64,000 nt of DNA from Bdellovibrionales bacterium (GTDB taxonomy: Bacteria > Bdellovibrionota > UBA1018 > JADZFF01), in the NCBI GenBank assembly GCA_020850015.1, contig JADZFF010000012.1, positions 8,994 through 72,993 on the forward strand, read 5' to 3'. Positions 1-11,624 of this stretch are shown here, piece after piece; the stretch's first letter is position 1, and every line of letters starts with the position of its first letter. The notes under the pieces are model-generated. The model saw nothing but the letters and a program-made list of their open reading frames with translations. It searched no databases and had not been told where the DNA came from. Made by a program: the position numbers and the translations under genes.

Positions 1-2
1 GG

Positions 3-236
3 ATGATCGCCGCCGCGAAGGATCGGGCTAAGCGTGAGAGTGACGCCATTCTTGAATCTGCGAAGGCCGAAGAGAACAAGATTCTGGGCGATGCGCGCGA
101 TAGGGCGAAGCAGATCACACAGGATGCGCTTCGCGAGCTTGAACAACAGCGAAGCCGCCTTCAGGCGGAACTCGAGGCCCAGGTCGAGACACTTGCATCT
201 CAGGTTGCGGCCAAAGTGATTGGCGGAGGGCGCTGA
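3..236 (+). CDS. atpF: ATP synthase Fo subunit b/b' (C-terminal part; 5' end lies outside the window)
   Basis: Charged Ala/Glu/Lys/Arg-rich coiled-coil tail typical of Fo b subunits. It directly precedes a second b-type subunit and atpH. Confidence 0.55.
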   Translation: MIAAAKDRAKRESDAILESAKAEENKILGDARDRAKQITQDALRELEQQRSRLQAELEAQVETLASQVAAKVIGGGR

Positions 237-238
237 CA

Positions 239-703
239 ATGGTGGCAACCCTTTTCAATTTCACCCTCTTTGTTGGTTTGATCTACTTTGCCGTCCGGAC
301 GCCGGTTAGGCGGGCGGTCGTTGACAGGCACGCAACGATTCGAGACACCGTCGAGACTAACCGCCGCCGACTCGCAGACGCGCGCGCCGCCTATGAAGAG
401 TATTCGTCAAAATTGCGCGCGGTCGATATCGAGGCGGGCGCCGTTCGTCAGCAACTCAAGGTGGAATCCGAGGCCGCTAGAGAACGCGTCATACAGGCCG
501 CCAAGCGTCTCTCCGCCGGAATTCTTGTTGACGCGGAGACCGGGGCAAAGGGCGTTTTTGAGGATCTTCGTAACCGCCTCATGCGCCAGTTCGCGGCTCA
601 GGTGGTGAGTCGGGCTCAGGGTGCCGTGCGCGAGAAACTGACGGGAGACGTGAAGGCGCGTATTCGGCAGGAGTTTTCGAGCCAAATGGAGTCTGCCCGA
701 TGA
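239..703 (+). CDS. atpF: ATP synthase Fo subunit b (second b-type subunit)
   Basis: N-terminal transmembrane helix (FNFTLFVGLIYFAV) followed by a long charged helix. Sits between a b-type subunit and the delta subunit, the two-b-subunit layout common in Deltaproteobacteria. Confidence 0.7.
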   Translation: MVATLFNFTLFVGLIYFAVRTPVRRAVVDRHATIRDTVETNRRRLADARAAYEEYSSKLRAVDIEAGAVRQQLKVESEAARERVIQAAKRLSAGILVDAETGAKGVFEDLRNRLMRQFAAQVVSRAQGAVREKLTGDVKARIRQEFSSQMESAR

Positions 704-1257
704 GCGTGGCTAAGCGGTACTGCAGATCTCTTACCGAGACCCTTCTGACGGGAAACGGCGCTGCCGGGTCGATGGACGCGCACCGCAAGGAGCTCGAGTT
801 ATTGGTAACGGTAATCAGCTCGGATGCGCGGTTGAAATCCGCGCTCTACGGTCCGGCGGCCTCCAGCCGCGACAAAAGCGCGATTCTGGTCGAGTTGGCA
901 AAACAGCTTAAATTGACCGGTACGGTTGTTAACTTCTTGCGTCTATTGGCTCGTAAGTCCCGGGTCTCCCTCCTTCCGGAAATAGTCCAGGTCTTCGATG
1001 AGGTCTCTCTCGAGGGCGAGGGCGGTCTCGTGGGTCAGGTTGTATCCGCTGACCCCCTTGACGATGCGGAGCTAGAGCGGCTTTCGCAGTCCTTTACAAA
1101 AAAGCTCGGCCGCAGAGTGAAGCTTCATGTGTCAACCGACCCCGCCTTGATGGCAGGACTGTGGGTGCGCGTTGCGGGCGTGACCTATGATGGAAGCCTT
1201 AAGGCGCAGTTTGATCGCCTTCGCGAAAGACTTACGAACGGCGAAGCTGTTCGCTGA
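700..1257 (+). CDS. atpH: ATP synthase F1 delta subunit (OSCP)
   Basis: About 185 aa, positioned between b and alpha subunits, with an OSCP-like helical N-terminus. Start overlaps the upstream stop by 4 nt. Confidence 0.75.
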   Translation: MSVAKRYCRSLTETLLTGNGAAGSMDAHRKELELLVTVISSDARLKSALYGPAASSRDKSAILVELAKQLKLTGTVVNFLRLLARKSRVSLLPEIVQVFDEVSLEGEGGLVGQVVSADPLDDAELERLSQSFTKKLGRRVKLHVSTDPALMAGLWVRVAGVTYDGSLKAQFDRLRERLTNGEAVR

Positions 1258-1287
1258 CCCGATTTAGGAAGCTTACTAGGAGACCTT

Positions 1288-2796
1288 ATGTTGATTCGCC
1301 CCGAAGAAATTACTCAGATCCTCAAGAGCCAGCTCGCCGATTTCGAGAAAAAGCTCGATATATCAGAGACCGGGACGGTCGTTGCCGTGGGTGATGGCGT
1401 TGCCAAGGTCTATGGCCTTGAGAAGGCGATGGCCGGCGAGCTCATCGACTTCGGCTCGGGTGTTCTGGGAATGGTGTTGAACCTCGAGGAGGAAACGGTC
1501 GGTATCGCGATTCTGGGCGACGACACGCTAATTCGTGAAGGTGGAACCGCGAAGCGAACGGGCAAGATCGTACAGGTTCCGGTAGGCGAGGCGCTCTTGG
1601 GCCGTGTGGTAAACGCCCTGGGTGTTCCCATCGACGGCAGGGGTCCGATCAACACGAAGGACTTTCGCCTGGCGGAAGTCAAGGCTCCGGGGATCGTTGC
1701 CCGTCAGAGCGTGCATGAGCCGATTCAGACAGGCGTTAAAGCGATCGACGGCATGATTCCCATCGGGCGCGGTCAGCGGGAGCTCATCATCGGTGACCGT
1801 CAGACAGGAAAAACCGCGATTGCGATCGACACGATCATCAATCAGAAGGGCAAAGGCGTTTACTGCATCTACGTCGCGATTGGACAGAAGCAGTCGACGG
1901 TAGCTCAGGTTGTGGAAAAACTTCGCCAACACGGCGCGATGGATCATACGATCGTCGTGTCTGCGACTGCCGCCGATAAGGCGCCACTGCAATTTTTGGC
2001 GCCATACACTGGCGTCACAATGGGTGAGTGGTTCCGCGACAGCGGCAAGCACGCCGTTATTGTCTACGACGACTTGACCAAACAGGCTCAAGCATATCGT
2101 CAGCTTTCGCTTCTTCTTCGCCGCCCGCCGGGTCGCGAGGCGTATCCCGGAGACGTGTTTTATCTTCACTCTCGCCTTCTTGAGCGTGCGGCGAAAATGT
2201 CTGCGGCGATGGGGGGCGGGTCTCTCACGGCGCTCCCCATCGTTGAAACTCAGGCGGGAGACGTGTCCGGCTACATTCCAACGAACGTGATTTCAATTAC
2301 GGACGGCCAGATCTTCCTCGAGACCGACCTTTTTCACTCGGGCGTTCGTCCCGCGGTAAACGTAGGGATTTCGGTGTCTCGGGTTGGTGGTGCGGCTCAA
2401 ACCAAGGCCATGAAACAAGTGGCCGGAACGCTCCGCCTCGAGCTCGCTCAGTATCGCGAAAAGGCGGCCTTCGCCCAGTTCGGGAGCGATCTTGACGTGG
2501 CAACCCAACGTCAGCTGAGTCGCGGTCAGCGCTTGGTGGAACTTCTCAAGCAGCCGCAGTACTCGCCGCTTTCCGTTGAGCGTCAGATCGTCTCTATTTA
2601 CGCCGGCACGCATGGGTACCTGGACAAAGTGCCAGTTGCTTCCGTGGGTCGTTACGAGAAGGATCTCTTCAGCTTCATTGAGCGCAAAGATCCGACGATG
2701 TTCAAGGACATTGTTTCCAAGGGAAAACTTGACGACGATCTTTCGAAGCGGCTTGAGACGGCGCTCAAGGAATTCCAGAAGGAGTTCACCGCTTAA
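1288..2796 (+). CDS. atpA: ATP synthase F1 alpha subunit
   Basis: 502 aa with Walker A GDRQTGKT and long conserved blocks ([28 protein letters not shown]). Confidence 0.95.
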   Translation: MLIRPEEITQILKSQLADFEKKLDISETGTVVAVGDGVAKVYGLEKAMAGELIDFGSGVLGMVLNLEEETVGIAILGDDTLIREGGTAKRTGKIVQVPVGEALLGRVVNALGVPIDGRGPINTKDFRLAEVKAPGIVARQSVHEPIQTGVKAIDGMIPIGRGQRELIIGDRQTGKTAIAIDTIINQKGKGVYCIYVAIGQKQSTVAQVVEKLRQHGAMDHTIVVSATAADKAPLQFLAPYTGVTMGEWFRDSGKHAVIVYDDLTKQAQAYRQLSLLLRRPPGREAYPGDVFYLHSRLLERAAKMSAAMGGGSLTALPIVETQAGDVSGYIPTNVISITDGQIFLETDLFHSGVRPAVNVGISVSRVGGAAQTKAMKQVAGTLRLELAQYREKAAFAQFGSDLDVATQRQLSRGQRLVELLKQPQYSPLSVERQIVSIYAGTHGYLDKVPVASVGRYEKDLFSFIERKDPTMFKDIVSKGKLDDDLSKRLETALKEFQKEFTA

Positions 2797-2810
2797 GCGG
2801 AAATTGAGCC

Positions 2811-5143
<2,333 letters not shown>

Positions 5144-5169
5144 GGCCGGCAAGGAAACAGAGGATCGCC

Positions 5170-5592
5170 GTGGGCCTGACTCTCTCCATCTGTTCGCCGG
5201 GAAGAAGGTTCTTGGATGCGCGCCCCGTGAGGGATGTGACGCTTCCAGGGGTCGAAGGCCAAATTCAGGTATTGGCCGACCACGCGCACATGGTGGGCAC
5301 GCTTGAAACTGGGATCTTGAGTTACCACTTGGAGGACGGGACGCACGAGTTTGCGGCGGTTTCGACCGGGTTTTTTGAAGTCGCCAAGGGACATGTCATG
5401 GTGCTGGCGGAGACGCTCGAGGTCATGGACGAGATCGACCTTGAACGAGCGCGTCGGGCGGCTATGAACGCGGAAACCAAACTCAACCAGGCCCAACTTG
5501 AGCCGGACCTCATCCGCAAGTATCAGCTTAAGTACGAGCGCGCACAGATTCGCCAACAAGTTGGCTCGAAATCGTCAGAATCCGCGCACTGA
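5170..5592 (+). CDS. atpC: ATP synthase F1 epsilon subunit
   Basis: 140 aa, last gene of the atp operon. Beta-sandwich N-terminus plus helical C-terminus pattern (VTLPGVEGQIQVLADHAHMVGTLETGIL). GTG start. Confidence 0.85.
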   Translation: MGLTLSICSPGRRFLDARPVRDVTLPGVEGQIQVLADHAHMVGTLETGILSYHLEDGTHEFAAVSTGFFEVAKGHVMVLAETLEVMDEIDLERARRAAMNAETKLNQAQLEPDLIRKYQLKYERAQIRQQVGSKSSESAH

Positions 5593-5677
5593 CGCGAGTT
5601 TGAGCGCTTGATTCGTGAAGTCGGTCACGGTGTCCGCCGGCTTGCGCTTAGGGTCTCCTCTGGTACCCTGGTAGAAG

Positions 5678-8080
5678 GTGGTTGCAGGCACTTCCAGGGC
5701 ACGCACGGGAGATTCGCTGTTGGGCGCGTTCGCTCAAGGGGCCCTCTCGGGTTGCGCGCTCTTAGGCATAGCCGCATTTCTGGTGTCGGGTTCGATGCTC
5801 GATGAGTTCCAGGGCTCCCCACTGGCTGCCGGAGAATACAGACTCCCCTACGGTTACCGTGATATTTGGTCGGGTTGGCGGGGGCTACAGCTGTCGTTAG
5901 TGCGACCGGAGGCCGTTCCAGGGGAGAGCGCTCCAGTCGCGGTGAAGCCAATAGAGGCGAGAATTCGTATTCCTTTGAGAGGATCTTCTCTCGCGCGCAC
6001 CCGCCCATCGACCAAGCGCGCAGCCGCGGCGAAGCGGAAAAGCGTGGTGAATTCGGAGTCCACTCAGGAAAAATTGGCGCGAGCAGAAGCTTTCGACCGC
6101 GCAGAGCTTCTTCGCGTTCATTACATCATTCGCGATCAGCGCCGCTTTGCTTACGTCGCAATGGAGTCTCTGAGAATATCGTCTGAATCCCGGGTAGAGC
6201 TTGCGGCATTGCCGAATCCTGAGCCGGTCCACAGGCCCAAACGCTTAAAGAGGACGGCCAGCCCTGGGGTGAGGGAAGTTGTTGCCGATACCGAGGGGCC
6301 TCGTCCTGAGCTGGTGGTTGATTCGCCTCCCGCGATCTATGGTCCAGCAGAGCCCACGCTGCTGGAGCGCTTTTCTGCCCGCGATCTGATCGCAAATTTT
6401 CCCGCGCCCGCGATTCAGAGCGCGCAGGCTGCCCCCCTCCGGATTCAGCCATTGGCTGAGGCGAAGAGTTCGGTTGTTGCGAAGGAAACATCACCTCCCG
6501 GTGGGAGCCGGATGCGGGAAGCTGAAGAGCGAGTGGTGGCCGCAGAGGTCACACCCGCCGCCCCTGTGGTCCCCAAGCCTCCCGAGGCGGCAGCGGCGCC
6601 CCCAATATCTGAGACCGAGAAGAAAAGTGAGCCAGCAGCGAGAGTGCCCCCCCCGGGGGCACTCTCCGCTTTTTGGGATGACTACTCACATGACAGCAAT
6701 ACTCCGCCCCCCCCCCCGACTACCCACCCCCAGCCGGTGGATACTCAGGAGCAGATCGAGGTTAGTCGCCATGGAATTGCCTCGGCCCGCGGTGTCGCTC
6801 AATTGGCGCGGCCCGTCTCGCCACTAGGGAACAAACGACGTGGGAGGTCTGGCGAGCGGACGTCGAAGCAGAAGACGAAGGCAGATCCCGGTTCGAGCAA
6901 TGGCGAGCCGCAGGGCGCCAGCGGGCTGATCGCAGCGAGAAGCGATGAGTCCTGTGAGGCGCCATCTCAGCCGAAAGCGGGTGACGCTGTTGAAGCCGTC
7001 GCAAGAACGCCATTGCAGGTCGAGCACAGAGATCTCCCCTTTACGTTTCCGCTGGGGCGAGACTTCGCTCAGGGCCACTGGCGTGTTGCTGAAGGCGAAG
7101 ACCATTGGAAGACGCTTCATTGGCGTGCACCTGGTGCGGCCTCGTACGCTTGGTTGCTCTCGCGCTCCTCGGCATGGATTCTTGGAAGGATGAGCGGAGC
7201 GGATCAATCCGAGCTCTTAGGGGTCGTCATTGTCCGCCTGGCTCCCGGTTGGAGGGCGCAGCTTTCCGCTCGCGCCGACGCGCCGCTTGCCTTGGGCGCC
7301 TGCCTGAAGAGAATATCGGACGAAGATCTTTCCGTTTCCAGAACAGTGGTCTTTTTGAATGTAATCCCAGGTAGGCACCTCCTGACACTCCAGAATCCCG
7401 CCACGGGTGAGTCGGGCGCAGCGGCGATTCCAGTGCTTGGAGGAGCCGCGACAGCCCTACCCGAAATGAAGGCTGAGCGAATTCGCGTAAGCGGTTGGCT
7501 GCTCCAGGCAGAGGCCATTGAGCCACAGGGAGCGGAAGGCGTTCATGTTCGAGTCATCGGTCAAACCGGGCGCGGGGCGAGTACGTCGAGAAACGGCGGC
7601 TTTTCGATCATGGGCGCCGTGCGGGTGTCGGGGATGCCCGCCTTCCTCGAGGCCGAGGGGCCGGACGGGTTTAAGCACCGCTTTATCGTCAGCCCCGGCG
7701 AAGAGATGGGCCGGAATTGGTATTACTTCTCCAGGGCGAGCGTAGAGCGCTGGATAGGTTCGGTCCCAGGCGGCATCAGCGATGGCAGCGGCCTTGTCGT
7801 AGGGGCCTTTCCCGGTCTCGCAAGACGGCCCGGTTCCACGGTCAAGGCGGCTCTACACCCGCTACTTGCGGACGTTCCACACCTTCCCGAGGTTTACGGA
7901 ATTGGGCCAACGGGATCGCTCGAGGCACAGGATGGCCTGACTGCGGAGTCTCCCAGATTCGTAGGGCTTCAGGTGCCCGAAGGATTTGTGAAGGCGCAGA
8001 TCACGGACGAAAGTGGAACCGCATACTCCGAGCTTCTCCCGATCTCCCGTGACGTGGTGCACGTTCTCGGCCCGTATTAA
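5678..8080 (+). CDS. hypothetical membrane-anchored protein with a Pro/Ala/Glu-rich low-complexity linker and a C-terminal globular region
   Basis: Longest ORF in the region (800 aa); minus-strand ORFs here are short and Arg/Pro-rich. One N-terminal hydrophobic helix (ALLGIAAFLVSGSML). Contains a C11 homopolymer at 6707-6717 encoding PPPP. The start codon is uncertain. Confidence 0.5.
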   Translation: MVAGTSRARTGDSLLGAFAQGALSGCALLGIAAFLVSGSMLDEFQGSPLAAGEYRLPYGYRDIWSGWRGLQLSLVRPEAVPGESAPVAVKPIEARIRIPLRGSSLARTRPSTKRAAAAKRKSVVNSESTQEKLARAEAFDRAELLRVHYIIRDQRRFAYVAMESLRISSESRVELAALPNPEPVHRPKRLKRTASPGVREVVADTEGPRPELVVDSPPAIYGPAEPTLLERFSARDLIANFPAPAIQSAQAAPLRIQPLAEAKSSVVAKETSPPGGSRMREAEERVVAAEVTPAAPVVPKPPEAAAAPPISETEKKSEPAARVPPPGALSAFWDDYSHDSNTPPPPPTTHPQPVDTQEQIEVSRHGIASARGVAQLARPVSPLGNKRRGRSGERTSKQKTKADPGSSNGEPQGASGLIAARSDESCEAPSQPKAGDAVEAVARTPLQVEHRDLPFTFPLGRDFAQGHWRVAEGEDHWKTLHWRAPGAASYAWLLSRSSAWILGRMSGADQSELLGVVIVRLAPGWRAQLSARADAPLALGACLKRISDEDLSVSRTVVFLNVIPGRHLLTLQNPATGESGAAAIPVLGGAATALPEMKAERIRVSGWLLQAEAIEPQGAEGVHVRVIGQTGRGASTSRNGGFSIMGAVRVSGMPAFLEAEGPDGFKHRFIVSPGEEMGRNWYYFSRASVERWIGSVPGGISDGSGLVVGAFPGLARRPGSTVKAALHPLLADVPHLPEVYGIGPTGSLEAQDGLTAESPRFVGLQVPEGFVKAQITDESGTAYSELLPISRDVVHVLGPY

Positions 8081-8082
8081 CG

Positions 8083-9534
8083 TTATCCGGTAGGCGGCGA
8101 AGCCAGCCCGCTAACAGCGGCGGGGCGCGCGCGAAAGAGGACGGAAAGCTGCCCGCCCTTGTCGGCGGGAAGGGCCACGCGAAAGCCCGCCTTCATATTC
8201 GATCTGCCTGACAGCACGTCGGGATTCAGTGCAAGAAGCTGCTCCAGAGAAACCTGGAGCCTGCGGGCCACGTCTGCCGCCGTTCCTTCGCGCTCAAGAC
8301 GAACGAATCCGATGCGGTGGGCGGGGTCCGGCGTCTTCTTCTTTAGCCCCGGAAAGAAAAGACCCCGGTATTCGTCGGCGATCAACATCGCAAGAAATTC
8401 GGCATGGTAATTCCGCCCAGCGTAGCCGATGCGGTAAGGATTTTTGCAGGACATCAGTGCGTGCCCAACCCGGTCGAACGGTCGTTCCCGCGCAGGAATC
8501 TTGAAAACCGTGCCCGCGCCCGAGTTGTAAGCCGTTACGGCAAGGTGCCAGGCACCGAGGATACGATGGTCTCGCCGCAGCAGCCTGGCTGCGGCGGCCG
8601 CACCCTTAAGCGGAGAGAGTCGCTCGTCGATCCCCGCGTCGTCATCGACGGTCATGAATTCCTTGGCGGTGGCTAGCATGAACTGCCATGCTCCCTTCGC
8701 GCCAGCCTTTGACACGGCCTCTGGATTGAAAGAGCTTTCGACAAGAGAAACTCTGGAAAGCTCAGAAGGAATGCCGTGGCCCTCAAATATTTGAGCAATC
8801 GCAGTCGAATATTGGTCGAAACGCTCCATTCCCCGAAGCACCTGATCCCGTTGTCCCGTTTGTCCACGGAGCCCGCCGGCAAGCTGCTGAAACGAGTGCC
8901 CGTGTCCCAGCGCCCTTGAGGCCCGAAGGATATTGCTAATCTCAGCTGCGTATTGCCTGGGCCGCTTGCCCCTTCCCAGCGCGGCAAAGGCCTTCTTGTA
9001 CGATTTGATCCGGCGCTCTATGGCGCGCTCCCGCAGAATCTCGTAGGCGGCGGCATTCCGGGCGGCCCCCGCAAGCGCCCGAAAATCCATGACCTCATAG
9101 ACGAGCTCCGGGTGCCGATCGTCATATAGGATCAAATTCTGGCTGGAGTAAAAAGTATATATGAGCAGCCAGAAGCGAACCTTTGCCTCAAGCCCGGGAG
9201 GTACGCGGAAATCCGGAGAGAGTCGTTCTTGTCGATCCTCCAGTGCAAGCTGGAGATGATTCGGGGCAAACTCGGGCCAGAAGAGATCGGCGTCACTCAG
9301 GCCTGAGCCCTGAGTAAGGGACTCCCGGAGGTCGGCCGTGGATGGCACAGCCGCGTCCCAGAGTGGCGGAATTGCACCATGCGTGAAGCCAGACTCGAAA
9401 AGAGCGAGGAGCGCAACGGCCACTCCAACCTGGTGTCCACGGAGAAACATCGAACCCCAGCTAGCAAATGTGTGGCCAGCCCAACCCCAGTAACCACCTG
9501 GTATTACTGGGGTAGTTCCGCACCACGCGCCCAA
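8083..9534 (-). CDS. mltD: membrane-bound lytic murein transglycosylase (MltD-like: SLT domain plus C-terminal LysM)
   Basis: SLT catalytic motif VESSFNPEAVSKAGAKGAWQFM...AYNSGAG and a C-terminal LysM-like segment. The true start is probably internal, at the signal peptide MFLRGHQVGVAVALLALF. Confidence 0.8.
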   Translation of the reverse strand: MGAWCGTTPVIPGGYWGWAGHTFASWGSMFLRGHQVGVAVALLALFESGFTHGAIPPLWDAAVPSTADLRESLTQGSGLSDADLFWPEFAPNHLQLALEDRQERLSPDFRVPPGLEAKVRFWLLIYTFYSSQNLILYDDRHPELVYEVMDFRALAGAARNAAAYEILRERAIERRIKSYKKAFAALGRGKRPRQYAAEISNILRASRALGHGHSFQQLAGGLRGQTGQRDQVLRGMERFDQYSTAIAQIFEGHGIPSELSRVSLVESSFNPEAVSKAGAKGAWQFMLATAKEFMTVDDDAGIDERLSPLKGAAAAARLLRRDHRILGAWHLAVTAYNSGAGTVFKIPARERPFDRVGHALMSCKNPYRIGYAGRNYHAEFLAMLIADEYRGLFFPGLKKKTPDPAHRIGFVRLEREGTAADVARRLQVSLEQLLALNPDVLSGRSNMKAGFRVALPADKGGQLSVLFRARPAAVSGLASPPTG

Positions 9535-9584
9535 GGTTTGTACAATTGCTCAGTGATCTTATGCGGTGCTAGACAGCTGGATAC

Positions 9585-9866
9585 ATGAACACCTCGCCAC
9601 CCCAAGTTAGCTCCAGTGATCCTCAACCCGCGGTGTCGCTCCGCTTTGAACAGGCGATTGAGCAGCTCCAGCAATCGGTCCGTCGCTTGGAGAGCGGGGA
9701 GCTTAGTCTCGAGGATTCACTCAAGAGCTTCGAAGAGGGAATCCGTCTCGTGAGAGCCTGCCAGGACACCCTTCAGAAGGCGGAGAGGCGGGTTGAACAA
9801 CTCATTCGCGTGAATGCTCAGGGAGAAGCCGAACTTGAGCCCTTCGCCCATGGTGGCAAAGGTTAA
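9585..9866 (+). CDS. xseB: exodeoxyribonuclease VII small subunit
   Basis: About 90 aa with the XseB helical signature FEQAIEQLQQSVRRLESGELSLEDSLKSFEEGIRLVRACQDTLQKAERRVEQL. Confidence 0.85.
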   Translation: MNTSPPQVSSSDPQPAVSLRFEQAIEQLQQSVRRLESGELSLEDSLKSFEEGIRLVRACQDTLQKAERRVEQLIRVNAQGEAELEPFAHGGKG

Positions 9867-10599
9867 GCGCCGCCTCGACGAGGCAGTACTGCAAGCTGGA
9901 TTTGCGTCAACCCGCTCAAAAGCGCAGGCGCTGATTCTCGCGGGCAAGATCCTGGTCAACGACGTTCCAGCAACGAAGGCGGGTGTCACCGTGAAGCCTG
10001 ACTCCGTGATCCGTCTTCGCGGGGAAGACCATCCATACGTTTCTCGCGGTGCACTCAAACTCAACAAGGCCCTCGACACGTTCTTGATCGATCCACGGGG
10101 AAAGCTCTGCATCGATGTTGGCGCATCCACGGGAGGATTCACCGAGGTCCTTCTGGAGCGGGGCGCTCGTCACGTCATTGCGCTCGATGTGGGTCATGAT
10201 CAGATGGCCTGGAAGATCCGGAGCGATACACGTGTAACCTGTTTGGAGGGGATCAACGCCCGGCTTGCCGCACTCGCGGACATCGGAGGCGAGCGCCCCG
10301 AGCTTGCCGTCATGGATCTATCATTCATTTCCCTGCTGAAAGTTCTGCCGGCGATACGGGGCATTCTGACCCCATTCGGCGATCTGGTGACACTCATCAA
10401 GCCTCAGTTCGAAGTGGGCCGCGAGTGGGTCGGCAAGGGAGGCATCGTTAAAGACCAAAAGGCCATCGACGACATGTTGGTCGCGGTGCGGTCGGGAGGC
10501 CGGGCCCTTGGCTATGGTTGCTTGAGCTTGATAGAATCTCCGATACTGGGAGCGCACGGAAACCGCGAGTATCTCGCTCATTGGCGGAACGGATCATAA
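9850..10599 (+). CDS. tlyA: TlyA-family rRNA (cytidine-2'-O)-methyltransferase / hemolysin A
   Basis: S4-like N-terminus plus the FtsJ-type SAM motif DVGASTGGFTEVLLERGARHVIALDVG and the KPQFE motif. Start taken at the internal ATG 9850 (MVAKVKRRLD); the 5' end of the listed ORF overlaps xseB. Confidence 0.85.
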   Translation: MVAKVKRRLDEAVLQAGFASTRSKAQALILAGKILVNDVPATKAGVTVKPDSVIRLRGEDHPYVSRGALKLNKALDTFLIDPRGKLCIDVGASTGGFTEVLLERGARHVIALDVGHDQMAWKIRSDTRVTCLEGINARLAALADIGGERPELAVMDLSFISLLKVLPAIRGILTPFGDLVTLIKPQFEVGREWVGKGGIVKDQKAIDDMLVAVRSGGRALGYGCLSLIESPILGAHGNREYLAHWRNGS

Positions 10600-11624
10600 T
10601 GAAACCTGCACGATCATTGAGTGCGACCATCGCGCCTCTGGCGATTATTGCTCTCTTGCCCTTCTCCGGATGCACACCCTCAACCAAGAGAGCCGACGCA
10701 CCAGTGCCGCACAGCGAAAGCGGGGCGGAACCTGAAACCCTTCCGGGTGGCATCGAAGAGGTTGCTCCTGTCGACGGCCAGGCCCCAGCGGAAGAGGCGG
10801 TATCCGCGATCCCCGAGGAAGCGGTTCCCGTGACGTTGGTGTTGGGGCCAGGCATGGCACGTGGGTTTGCTCATGCTGGAGTTCTCCTCGCTCTTGCCGA
10901 GCGGGGCATCCCCGTGGGGATGATCGTGGGGGTGGAGGTTGGGGGTCTGATCGCCTCCCTTTACGCAGTCTCAAAAACCACAAATGAGTTCGACTGGAGT
11001 CTTCAGAAGATCAAGGCGGATTTCTTTTTCGACGACAAGATCAACCTCGCGAAGCTTTTCGGGGAAGCAAAATCCTCGGAGCGCCTCTTTGGCAGGCTGA
11101 AACAGATGTTCGGAAAGCAGACTTTTTCCGGCACTAAAGCGCCGATCAGACTCGGCATCTACTCCGAACTTGAGAATCGTTTCGAGTTCATCGGCAAAGG
11201 GCGGCTTGCGGGAGCCCTTAGGGTTGTACTCTCTGATCGAACCCTTTTTCCTCAGGCCGACTGGTACGGCGCGCCATCCTGGTCGGCCGGCGCGCACACG
11301 CCCTATCCTGTGCAGGAGGCCCGGAAGATTCGACGCGCACCGGTGATCGCAGTTGATGTATTGCCTTCCAGCGGGCCTGATTCGAGCGAGGATGCGGAGG
11401 CAAAGCAACGCTATTCCAAGTCGATGAGCCGCGTGGCAGCAGCTTCGAGGTCTGACCTGCGGTCGGCAGATATTGTACTTCGGCCGGATTTGAACGGTGT
11501 CGGCCTATTCGACTTCGAAAAGCGAGGCAAAAGCGTTTTCGCCGGAAAAGCCGCGGTGGAGGCGCGCCTGTCTGAAATCCAAGAGGCCCTGAGAGCCAGC
11601 GCGGCGGAAAAGGGCGAAGAATGA
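10599..11624 (+). CDS. patatin-like phospholipase-family lipoprotein (predicted catalytically inactive)
   Basis: Lipoprotein signal with lipobox (LLPFSGC). Patatin oxyanion block LVLGPGMARGFAHAGVLLAL is present, but the nucleophile elbow GxSxG is replaced by GVEVG. Confidence 0.65.
   Translation: MKPARSLSATIAPLAIIALLPFSGCTPSTKRADAPVPHSESGAEPETLPGGIEEVAPVDGQAPAEEAVSAIPEEAVPVTLVLGPGMARGFAHAGVLLALAERGIPVGMIVGVEVGGLIASLYAVSKTTNEFDWSLQKIKADFFFDDKINLAKLFGEAKSSERLFGRLKQMFGKQTFSGTKAPIRLGIYSELENRFEFIGKGRLAGALRVVLSDRTLFPQADWYGAPSWSAGAHTPYPVQEARKIRRAPVIAVDVLPSSGPDSSEDAEAKQRYSKSMSRVAAASRSDLRSADIVLRPDLNGVGLFDFEKRGKSVFAGKAAVEARLSEIQEALRASAAEKGEE

Noticed and set aside
1528-2169. 213-aa minus-strand ORF, plus many other 60-200-aa ORFs on both strands inside atpA, atpD, gcvP, PBP1A and elsewhere
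   Set aside because: They lie inside strongly supported conserved genes on the opposite strand or frame. Their products are Arg/Pro/Ser-rich low-complexity sequence of the kind high-GC DNA produces by chance.
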